From the NCBI RefSeq assembly GCF_001194135.2, contig NC_069003.1, positions 31,767,451 to 31,824,168 on the forward strand: 56,718 nucleotides of DNA, written 5' to 3'. The stretch is from Octopus bimaculoides. Taxonomy: Eukaryota. Under the pieces are notes generated by a model that saw only the letters and a list, made by a program, of their open reading frames with translations, did no database searches and was not told the DNA's origin. The position numbers and the translations under genes are program-made. Below, in pieces: positions 47,315 through 56,718 of this stretch (its first letter is position 1; every line of letters starts with the position of its first letter).

Positions 47315-47392
47315 CTTGACTGTTTGGATGTGAATTTGTCTCTTGTAAGCAACTGTCCTCATCGGAAATGGATTCAACCAATGGAATGCTAT
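47315..47392 (-). CDS. TBC1D2B: TBC1D2B-like exon (IAFHWLNPFPMRTVAYKRQIHIQTVK)
   Basis: LNPFP motif characteristic of TBC1D2/2B, TTTCAG acceptor, AAG|GTCAG donor, 78 nt. Confidence 0.92.
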
Positions 47393-48014
47393 CTGAAACA
47401 GAAGATATATGAATATATATATATAACAGAAGACATAGACACACGCACACACACACACATATACATATCAAAGTATCAGTAACATAGATCCGTTACAGCT
47501 GATCATATCAATTAGTTTTACATTGAGTATTAGATAACCAGATATCAGATAACAGAATAGCTGATACATGTACTCTTCAGGGATAAAAATATGGTGACTG
47601 TTCTGTTATTAGGGGTGAAAAATTGTCACATCAGGACATCAGGTTTGTGAGCCCTGTGAAAAATGAAGAAACTAAGTTGCAGGAACCAATTACGAGAGGG
47701 ATTTATTAAGAGTTTTGTCCCTTAGCCCCCCAAAATCACAAGTTAGCTGTATATGTGTGTAGAGGGGTGTCTAAGGTGTTGGTATGTAAGTAGGGTTGAT
47801 ATATGTATGGGGGAGATGCTAGAATTAGAAATTGGCGGGGTACCTGAACCATTAAGCCCATGTTTGGGATACACATACATCTATGTGTGCCTTCATGTGT
47901 GTATGGTTTAGTTTAAAATTTTGCTCGGTTCTGAGGATGTGATGGTAGACTGATGGATGAGATTATAGTAAGACTCAGAGAAATAAAAGATTTAATTGTG
48001 GTGTCAATACTTAC

Positions 48015-48149
48015 TTGTGTAATTTGATTAATATTCAGCATTTTTTCCCCAAGAACTTGCAAATATTTGTTAACAGCCATGTTAGATGGCTGGTTAATAA
48101 TTTCTTCTTCTGATACTTTGAAAAACGCTAATGCAAATCTGAATAACAC
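48015..48149 (-). CDS. TBC1D2B: TBC1D2B-like exon (VLFRFALAFFKVSEEEIINQPSNMAVNKYLQVLGEKMLNINQITQ)
   Basis: TBC C-terminal VLFRFALA motif, TTTCCAG acceptor, CAA|GTAAGT donor. Confidence 0.95.
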
Positions 48150-49059
48150 CTGGAAAGAAATTATAGCAAAATCACAATTATTCTTAAAAACAAACTTAAC
48201 TAGCCATAAATTGGTAATTTACTATATTTACATATTTTTATATTTCAGAATTCATTTATTCATTTATCTGTTTCAACACACAATTTAATTCACATCAGGA
48301 ATTTTGCAAAACAAATACATAAATGTATATTTACATACCTAGACCAGAAAACAAAAATCCCTATTACTCATCTGCCTATCACTTATTCACCTTATTACTA
48401 AATCACTATCATTCATGCCTCTCACTCTGTAATGAAGTTGGCAAGCAAACAGAGACATGGAATCATGAGGTCTCATTAGTCATGTCGAGGTCATAGCTGC
48501 CTCTCTAATGCTGGTGCTATGAAAAATGCACCCAGTATACTCTACATAACGTAAGAAATTTATGAAAACTGGGTACAGCTGGGGTTGCATTATACTTGAA
48601 TATAAAACAGATAAGATTAAATATAACATAGTTATTTAGGTATAATGAGTAAGGGCTGCATTATATTCAAGTTAAACATTTCAACAAAATGAGGGTCTAA
48701 TTCTCGAAAGTAATCTTATTGTAAATGCCTGGCAAGAGATTTTTTCTTAGATAATTTTGGGTCGTCAGATAAATTCATTTGTTTCTTTCCAATATTATTT
48801 GAATTAATATGGAAAATATTTTTATTGTAATGTTTTAGGCATTTCTTTTTTTTTTTTGTGTAGCTCTATTCTACGTCTACAACTTCTGTTTATAATTTTT
48901 TGAAATTTGAATAAATTTTGGTGTTCAAGTACAAGTACAATTACAATTCAATAACTAAAAACTGTAAAATACTGAAAGAATAATAAAAAGAACGCGACAC
49001 AAATCAAGGAGGACAATAAACCATTTCTGGGGCAAAAAGGAAAAAGAAACCAGACTGAC

Positions 49060-49236
49060 CTTGCTTCCTTCATATAAGAAGGCATCCCAGACTCGTAGGA
49101 AAGTCTCTGGAGGTACATTGTCAACAAATATGGTAAGGAACCAATTGAAAGTGAATAAAGACAAATCAATGTTTTCTTTCTCTAGGTAGCTGTGTAGTCG
49201 GGGAAGTTTGTCTTGTACAAGGTCTTTTAATACACG
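49060..49236 (-). CDS. TBC1D2B: TBC1D2B-like exon (RVLKDLVQDKLPRLHSYLEKENIDLSLFTFNWFLTIFVDNVPPETFLRVWDAFLYEGSK)
   Basis: TBC domain motifs NWFLxxF and RVWDxFLYEG, canonical splice sites, 177 nt. Confidence 0.97.
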
Positions 49237-50375
49237 CTGGAAATGGAAAAATAAGTTGATCATAAAAACAAAATTTCAGAATTCTGTGTATCAAATCTAC
49301 CCAAAACATTAAAACAAGGGTCAGCCAAAGTGAAAACTAAAAACTAAAACCAAAATTTATTCAGAAACACTCTGTACACTTATCTAGTTTGAAAAGATCA
49401 ACACTAAATGATGTTTCAAGCAAAACCTTTATTATTATTGGGCAGTGAGCTGACAGAATTGTTAGCAGCATTTCATCTGAGTTCAAATCCTGTCATAGTC
49501 AACTTGCCTCTTATCCTTCTGGGTTTGATAAAAAAAAAGTAGCAGTTGAATACTAGGATCAATGTAATCAACTTATACTCTTCCCTGAAATTTCAGGCCT
49601 TGTGCCTGTAGTAGAAAGGATTATTATATAAATCAAGGATTCCATAGCCATTCAACATTTAAAAACTAGTTTTATAGAAACTTCTTTCAAATTTACTATT
49701 TTGTTTTTCTCACATTAATTTCTGTAGGTTGAACTGTGTGTAAAATGCTAGAGAAAGAAACCCAGCTGTTTCTTGCACACATTCAAAGCAAAACTTTTCC
49801 AGGGCCCTTAAAATACTATTGTGGATCCCCAATTTACTATTTTGTTTCATAAACCCCCAAAAATTTTATATGGACCATCAGGGGCCACATTGACCATCAC
49901 AGGCCATATGGACCGTCATAGGCCATATGGACTCTGGTTCAGAATCACTGATTTAAATGCTCAGCATGCTAATGATTCTGTTAGCTCACTGCTTTCATTA
50001 AATTATATATAATATACTTTAAGGTGTTTTGTTATGTGTGCAATTGCCACTACACCAACTGATAGGTGCATTGTATTAAAAGTTTTGCTTTCTTTTGAAA
50101 CAGATCTCATTTGAATGTTTCAAGTCATTATCCACAATTCTGAATCTAGATAACTGAAATTTTGCATAAGGGCACATCATTTCAAACAAATTTACAAGGT
50201 GTGAATTTTAGGGGCCTGTAATTTATTTAGTTTATTTTTATGAAATACAAGTTTATGTTCTCAACTGTTTGGCTCCAGCAATTCTGAGAGAATCGACAAT
50301 TCCGCTAACGATTCTGCCAGCTTGCTACCTTAATTGAATTACATATTTATGGCGTTTTGCTATGTATGTGATTCC

Positions 50376-50602
50376 TTAACCCTTTAGCATTTAAACCGGC
50401 CATATCCGGCCAAAAGTATCCTGCCTGTTTTATGTTAGAACTGGCCAGATCTGGTCTCTCACACCAACCCTATAATATCGTTTTAAAAATTAGCAGCTAC
50501 CTTATCAAAATCTCATAGCTACAAGATAATGCATGATTAGTTCAAAGCAATGTGGATAAAAAAGCATCAATTTTGGCAGAATAATGTGAACACTAAAGGG
50601 AA
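50376..50602 (+). mobile_element. TTAA piggyBac-like MITE (about 225 bp family)
   Basis: TTAACCCTTTAGCATTTAAACCGGCC..CACTAAAGGG. Confidence 0.75.
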
Positions 50603-50696
50603 AGAAATCATCTTGCATGAAAGTGGTCCATGAAAGTGGTCCATGCAAGTGGTCCACTGCCATAGAGGCGAGTGCAGAGTGTTGATGTGTTTTTAC

Positions 50697-50834
50697 CTGA
50701 TCAGTTTGTGCAGCAATCATTGTAGAGCTGTAATAGTCTTGTGGTAGAAGGTATTCCACAATGGCAACGAGGCACCAAAAGGCCTCTTCTTCTGACAAGA
50801 ATAACAAAGCAACAGCAGCAAGACGGTTCAGTCC
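50697..50834 (-). CDS. TBC1D2B: TBC1D2B-like exon (GLNRLAAVALLFLSEEEAFWCLVAIVEYLLPQDYYSSTMIAAQTDQ)
   Basis: The GLNRL motif (rather than GMN) and EExAFWCL point to TBC1D2/2B. Canonical splice sites. Confidence 0.97.
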
Positions 50835-51650
50835 CTGTAGAGAGAAAGAAAAAACATTAGATAGGTGGAAAATCCTTTTTAGTGGAAGCACAAGGCCTCG
50901 AATTTGGGGGAAGGGATTAAGTCAATTACATCGACCCCAGTGCGTAACCGGTACTTATTTAATCGACCCCGAAAGGAAGAAAGGCAAAGTTGACCTCAGC
51001 GGAATTTGAACTCAGAACATTGCAGCAGAGACGAAATACCGTTAGGCATTTCGCCTGGCGTGCTAACGATACAGCCAGCTCACTGCCTTAGCAAGTGTAG
51101 TAATAATAACACTAATCTGAGCAATACCAGCAGTAGTAGTGGTGGTGGTGGTAGCGATGGTTGTGGTGGTACTGGTGGTGGTGGTGGTGGCAACAACGGT
51201 ATTATGCGCAACAGAGAACTTTCAGTTGTTCCATTCATTATTTCATTATGCGACAAATCCCATGGTGAGACTAAATGCTAACGAGAGCTTAATCCAGCAC
51301 ACCATCAATGAATTATTTAATAGTCTCTCTCTGTTATTATGAATGTAATATGAAGAGAAGGTGTGTGTGTATGCATGTGTGTGTGTGTGTGTATGTGTGT
51401 GTGTGTATGTGTGTGTGTGTATGTGTGTGTGTATGTGTGTGTGTACAATGTGCATCTTCCTGCTGTGTTTGTGATGATCGTTAATACACGATTGATTTGT
51501 AATTGATGGTAGTTAATTCGTTAGAATGTTTCATAAATGGCTGAGAGGACAGACAGAGAGAGACAAAGGAATTGGGAACGAAGAAGTTTGCTTGGATCCT
51601 TAGCTTCCATTTCACAATAATAATGACAACGGCAAGGAGGTGGGGAGGGA

Positions 51651-51651
51651 G

Positions 51652-51702
<51 letters not shown>

Positions 51703-51945
51703 AGAAGAAGAATTGAAGAAGAAGAAGAAGAAGAAGAAGAAGAAGAAGAAAAAGAATTGAAGAAGAGGAATTGAAGAAGAAAAAGAATTGAGGAAGAAGA
51801 AGAAGAAGAAGAATTGAAGAAGAAGAAGAAGAAGAAGAAGAAGAAGAAGAAGAAGAAGAAGAAGAAGAAGAAGAAGAAAAAGAAGAAGAAGAAGAAAAAG
51901 AATTGAAGAAGAAGAATAAGAAGAAGAAGAAGAAGAAGAAAAAAA
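51651..51945 (+). repeat. (GAAA)n/(GAA)n homopurine tract with GAATT interruptions
   Basis: Seen directly. It starts about 30 nt into the intron after the 51978 donor. Confidence 0.95.
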
Positions 51946-51977
51946 ACAACAGGAGGAGGAAATGGACTTTCACTTAC

Positions 51978-52109
51978 TTGGCAATATCCTATTGAACTAC
52001 ACTGCCAACTGAATGCTAAAAGAACTCGTCTCAACTTCTGAATGTGTTCACTTTCTAATGACATGTAATACTTATTGTTCGGTAAAGTTCGCAAGAGATC
52101 CAGTTCAAT
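51978..52109 (-). CDS. TBC1D2B: TBC1D2B-like exon with arginine and glutamine fingers (IELDLLRTLPNNKYYMSLESEHIQKLRRVLLAFSWQCSSIGYCQ)
   Basis: IxxDxxR and YxQ catalytic motifs. IELDLLRTLPNNK matches my recall of vertebrate TBC1D2B. Confidence 0.97.
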
Positions 52110-52224
52110 CTGAATGCAAAGATAAAAGAGTCCTTATTTAATCATTTGAAATAAATTAGTTTGTTATTTTATATTATCTATATTTTATCATATTTCTTTA
52201 TTATCTATATTAGAATACAAGCTT

Positions 52225-52669
52225 TATTCTTTAGTGTTTAAAGCCATCCGTATCAGGCCTAAATATTCTCCCTGTTTTATGTTCAAACTAGCAAGATCTG
52301 TCCTTTCACACATACCCAACAATGTCACTCTAAAAATAACAATCAAATTATTGAAATTTGTAAGCTATGAGATAATACATGGTTAATTCAAAACAATGTG
52401 AATAAATTAAGCATTACATTTGACAGTAATCCGAATGCTAAAGAGTTAACCCATTATCAGTTAAAATGGCCATGTCCAACCCAAATATTCTACTATGTTT
52501 TTATGTTCAAACCACCCAGATCTGGTCTTTCATGCATACCCTGCAATGTCACTTGGAAAACAACAATCATTGAAATCTCTAAACTATGAGATAGCGCATG
52601 ATTAATTCAAAACAATGAGAATGAATACTCGCTACATCTGACAGAGTAATCAGAATGCTAAAAGATTAA
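52225..52669 (+). mobile_element. Head-to-tail pair of TTAA piggyBac-like MITEs sharing one TTAA (52446-52449)
   Basis: Two consecutive copies of the 225-bp family, each ending GAATGCTAAA..TTAA. Confidence 0.75.
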
Positions 52670-52799
52670 TATTGCTTGGAAATAACTTCAAGGGTTATAA
52701 CCCCTAAAGAGATAACATATAAGATTAACAACAAAAGGGTAGAGGTTTTTAATCAAGTAGCATTTTGGTATCATTCAGTTTCATTGCACACTTACCCTG

Positions 52800-53260
52800 T
52801 CTATACACCACACAGCCGAGCACACTACACTGTCAAGCATAGTACACTGTTAATAAACTACACTACCAAGCACACTACACTGCCAACCACAAAGCACTGC
52901 CAAATACAATACACTGTCAAGTACAATACACTTCTAATACACTGCCCTATGCAGCACAATGCATTGCCAACCATAATACACTTCCAACTATAATACACTG
53001 CCAAAACGCTACACTGCCAAAACAATACATTGCCAACTACACTACACTGCCAAGCACACTACACTGCCAACTACACTACACTGTCAAGCACTATATACTA
53101 CCAAGATACTACATTTTCAATACACTACACAGCCAGCCATACTACACTGTCAATACACTACAGTGTCAGCATGCCACAGTTTCAACACAATACACCATAC
53201 AGTCAGTTACAGTACACTGTCAATACAACACACTGTTCACAGCTTGCTATGCTACTCAAC
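52800..53260 (+). repeat. Degenerate minisatellite of ACACTACACTGYCAA-like units
   Basis: Repeated ACTACACTGCCAA / AATACACTGTCAA words, C/A-rich on the + strand. Confidence 0.8.
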
Positions 53261-53330
53261 CAACATGCCACATGAAAATAGAATTTTTAAAAATCAACAA
53301 GAGACATATGTGAATAGGCTAAGTTCTTAC

Positions 53331-53439
53331 CTGTTTTGCCTCAGGGTTAGGCTTTTGATTAATAACTTGAGCAACTAATTTCTGATAGTGGTCTGGATGT
53401 AGATGCTTTCTCCGGTGTGCCACATAAAAGTTTACACAT
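53331..53439 (-). CDS. TBC1D2B: TBC1D2B-like exon (CVNFYVAHRRKHLHPDHYQKLVAQVINQKPNPEAKQ)
   Basis: Not in the ORF track. TTTGGTAG acceptor and CAG|GTAAG donor; phase 2 to 0 bridges the flanking exons exactly. It ends in NPxxKQ before IELD. Confidence 0.9.
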
Positions 53440-53718
53440 CTACCAAAGATAGGAATAGGTTAACCGAACTTCCAAATATATGCACTTATTAAATCTAAAG
53501 ATATCTAACACACATGGCCCTGTAGTTGAGAAGTTTGCCTCCCAACCATGTGGTCTTGGGCTCAGTCCCACTGTGCAGCACCTTGAACAAGTGTCTTTTA
53601 CTATAGCCTCAAACTGACCCAAACCTTGTGAGTGGATCTGGTAAACAGAAGCTGAAAGAAGACCATTGTGTGTGTGTATATATGAGTGTATATATATATA
53701 TATATGTATAAACATATA

Positions 53719-53790
<72 letters not shown>

Positions 53791-54385
53791 TTATTTGAGG
53801 GCTAACAAGGCTACCAATGGTTTCATGCAGGTAGAACTCTCTCAACAATTATTAAGCTTGCCATGTGGAAACGTTGGTACTCAACACCATCTTGGATGAG
53901 AATACATGAAGCTACAAGAGACTGTACAGGAGTTTGGGATAAATAAATATACAGATGATGGATGGTAACTAACTAACCTGGTTTGGAAAAATCAATAATC
54001 CAGAAAGACTTTGGAACAAAAAGCTCTGGAAAAAAATCAATGTTGTACCTGAACCATTGATTTCAATCAGTCCCAGTTCTTGGCTGATATTTATTTTATC
54101 AACTCCTGAGGGATTAAAGTTAAAGTTGACTTTAGTGGTATTTGAACTCAGGGCATAATGGAATTCAGTTAAATAGCACAAAGTAATTTGTCTGATGCAC
54201 CACTGATTCTGTTAATCTACCGGGATATTTTTTTATAATGAATAATAACATGATTTCTTTCATACAACACCAAACCAATATTGTCAGAGGAAAGAATAAA
54301 TTCAATTGATTCATCTTCAGTATGTTATTGGTAATTCTGCCATCCATCCCCACTTAATTTCAAAGGTAATAAAACAAGGTCTCAC

Positions 54386-54531
54386 CCATTCCAGATCCGT
54401 TCTCTGTGTTCTTGAGGAATTCCGGAACGAATTAGAGATTTCAGTTCTGAACACCTTTGAAGTTCTTTCTTGTCCAAACCAGTCATAAAATTGTCCCATT
54501 TGTTTTGATGTAATCGCTTTTCTTCAATTTC
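54386..54531 (-). CDS. TBC1D2B: TBC1D2B-like exon (EIEEKRLHQNKWDNFMTGLDKKELQRCSELKSLIRSGIPQEHRERIWN)
   Basis: KWxNF and ELKxLIRxGIPxEHRxxxW mark the start of the TBC domain. TTTTCAG acceptor, TGG|GTGAG donor. Confidence 0.95.
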
Positions 54532-54723
54532 CTGAAAAGTGAAGAAAACAAATGCATATTTGAAGATTTATGGTGCTTTAGTTTAGATACGGCAGTGAAA
54601 GTCTGAGAATAAAGAAAACACGACAAATACAGAAAACCAAAAGTTCTGGAGGAATAACAAGGAAGGTCTTTTGCTCAGTAGTAGGGAAGTAATAAATGAT
54701 TTGTTGAAATGAATTAAATCTAC

Positions 54724-54847
54724 CTTGATACTAGTATTGAGTTCTTCAGATTTCCTCTGCATTTCAATGGCTCGTGTTGATAGCAAATCTCCCTCGTTAG
54801 CAGCAGGATAACGTACGAAGCCATAGTTATCATACTCGGGTGAATTC
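54724..54847 (-). CDS. TBC1D2B: TBC1D2B-like exon, most 5' in window (NSPEYDNYGFVRYPAANEGDLLSTRAIEMQRKSEELNTSIK)
   Basis: EYDxYGF motif preceding the TBC domain, TTTCAG acceptor, AAG|GTAGA donor. Upstream exons were not found in the window. Confidence 0.9.
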
Positions 54848-55069
54848 CTGAAATTTAAGAATGTAAACATTTATAAACTGATGTATTGAAGATGTACAGA
54901 GAAGATTGTAGAGAATTACATTATATGTACATTGTGCGTTCTTACTTTGATGTTTATTTTATTATTTAAGTGAAACCTCAAAGGCGAGCTGATTAACCAT
55001 TTCATTTTTTTAAATCTATTTGTTGCAAAGAAAATTTTAAAAGGAAAAATCTAAGTGATTGGTTACAAG

Positions 55070-55370
55070 TATGGCCGTGTGGTTAAGAAGCTTGCTTTGT
55101 AAACCACATGGTTTTGGGTTCAGTTTCAATGAATGGCACCTTGGACAAGTGTCTTCTACAATAGGGCTGGGCTGAAAAAATGTCTTCCATGGAAACATGT
55201 ATTAGGTTGCTTGGAAACAGGTGAAGGTGTATGATAGAAAGGGCAACCAGCCATGAAAAATCCACTTTAACAAATTCCATCCAACCCATGCAAGCACGGA
55301 AAAGTGGACATAAAATGATGACAACAATGATGATGATGATGACGATGATGGTAATGATGACGATGACAGC
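55070..55370 (+). mobile_element. Composite SINE: family B head joined to a family C-like (GAT)n tail
   Basis: GGCCGTGTGGTTAAGAAGCTTGC..GGCACCTTGGACAAGTGTCTTCTAC, then CCATCCAACCCATGCAAGCACGGAAAAGTGGAC..ATGATGATG. Confidence 0.6.
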
Positions 55371-56503
55371 CACGCCTATTGCCCATTACGTAACAAACAC
55401 TCTGAAGAATGAAATAAAATCTATACCCAGACATTTAATACAACACTAATTAGATTTATAAGTCCTTCATAACAGAAATTTAAAGCTATTACCATATAAA
55501 AGCTATCTTCAAATGCAAAGAATCTTTATGAGATTATTTCTGTTGTGCAATGGAGGATTTATGGGAAAACATTAATGGTATAACTGAAGAATTGCTGATA
55601 TATAAGTTAGCATGAAATGTAAAATAGTATTTCTCTGGTGCTATTAACGTTTAGCCCAGAGTTGGCACTGATCAATTAGATCCATCAAAATCAAAGTGAA
55701 TCCAGCCATAGTTATCAAATATCTTTTTTGCCTCTATCTAAGTGTATCTAGGACTACATTATCCAATGTAGCTTTCCCTTTTTTTAAAAAACAAAAAGGA
55801 TGTGGTTAGAGAGATATTTGGTTGATATTCCTAGTAGATTGAGCATATTTATGATCTAAGACGTTTCAGCCATGACCATCTCATCTTTTGTCTTTAGCAC
55901 AAGCCAGATAGAACTGCATTATCCTTTGAGAATTTAGAAATCAATCACATTTGTGAATGCTGACTGATCGAGTTTGGGAGATCCTCAAGGGAGAAATATT
56001 GAAAGACAATCGGTAATTGATAATTCCTACATGCTTTGCTGTATTTAGCTATCAACTGCCAATAATTTAATATTTTTCAGAAAATTCCAGAAAAGTATCA
56101 TTGTTACTACCATCACCACCACCACCACCACCTTCATCATCATCATCGTCATCGTCGTCATCATCATCATTTTAAAGTCCATTTTTCCATGCTGGCATGA
56201 TCAGATGGAGTTTATTTGAGGCAGATATTCTACAGCTAGATGCCCTTTGTATTGCCATACCCATTTGCAAAGTCGACCTCGATGGAATTTGAACTCAGAA
56301 CGCAAAGACAGACAAAATGCCACTAAGCATTTTGCCCAGAGTGCTACCAATTCTACCAGCTTGCTGCCTTCATATAACAATAATAAAAATAATAATAATA
56401 ATAATAATAACACCGGGGAAGTTTAACATGTGAGTACGATAAATCACTGCTCCGAAACTTATCCAAAAACATCGGAAATAAAGACATCGCATGGAGCCCA
56501 AAT

Positions 56504-56718
56504 ATAGCTGACAAAGGGTTGGACTATACCCGAGTAAGTAATACTCATTGAAATTTATTCCTATTTTTCCAAATATAATGATGTATTTTAACTTGATACC
56601 TCCACTACCCGAACAGCGATCGTAAACACACGTGTTACATCAAAATCAGACCATCCCCAAACCCAAACACCATATACAAAAAATAGCTGATAAAGGGTTG
56701 GACTATATCCGAGTAAGT
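56504..56718 (+). repeat. Short direct repeat, 179 bp apart, truncated by the window end
   Basis: ATAGCTGAYAAAGGGTTGGACTATAYCCGAGTAAGT at 56504 and 56683. Confidence 0.7.

Noticed and set aside
50616-50655. 13-bp unit CATGAAAGTGGTC repeated three times near a donor
   Set aside because: This is a short local slippage duplication with no further support for function.
53977-54025. Possible extra TBC1D2B exon (SFLFQSLSGLLIFPNQ, ending CAG|GTTAGT)
   Set aside because: Its phase does not fit the phase-2 donor at 54386, and exons 54386 and 53439 already join in frame and match the family alignment.

Overview
AT-rich eukaryotic genomic scaffold with N gaps at 1094-1928, 4151-4250, 5717-5726, 19453-19975, 24400-24409, 26353-26424, 37337-37557, 42180-42644 and 46036-46051, several flanked by (TA)n. 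The repeat families look like those I recall from Octopus genomes; this taxon call is an unverified inference. Main contents: (1) 1-12917, a CpG-dense cryptic satellite built on a 4-nt ACGT/TCGT register, whose strand polarity flips repeatedly and which reuses modules in both orientations; all ORF-track hits there are spurious. (2) A minus-strand crotonase / enoyl-CoA hydratase-like gene: six phase-consistent exons, 20570 down to 15646, first exon not resolved. (3) The 3' nine exons of a minus-strand TBC1D2/TBC1D2B Rab-GAP gene, 54847 down to 42942, 392 aa, 5' part outside the window. (4) Many SINEs, TTAA-flanked piggyBac-like MITEs, a young deleted mariner, Tc1 and RTE remnants, and a foldback element. 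The most unusual items are the polarity-switching satellite, a tRNA-headed element with inverted hammerhead-ribozyme-like arms in the last intron of the hydratase gene, and a CCAAT/octamer/ETS-like cassette duplicated in inverted orientation at 25.6-26.1 kb with a symmetrically placed splice donor behind each copy. Exon coordinates were derived by hand from splice signals and reading frame. Repeat boundaries are approximate. No database search was run.
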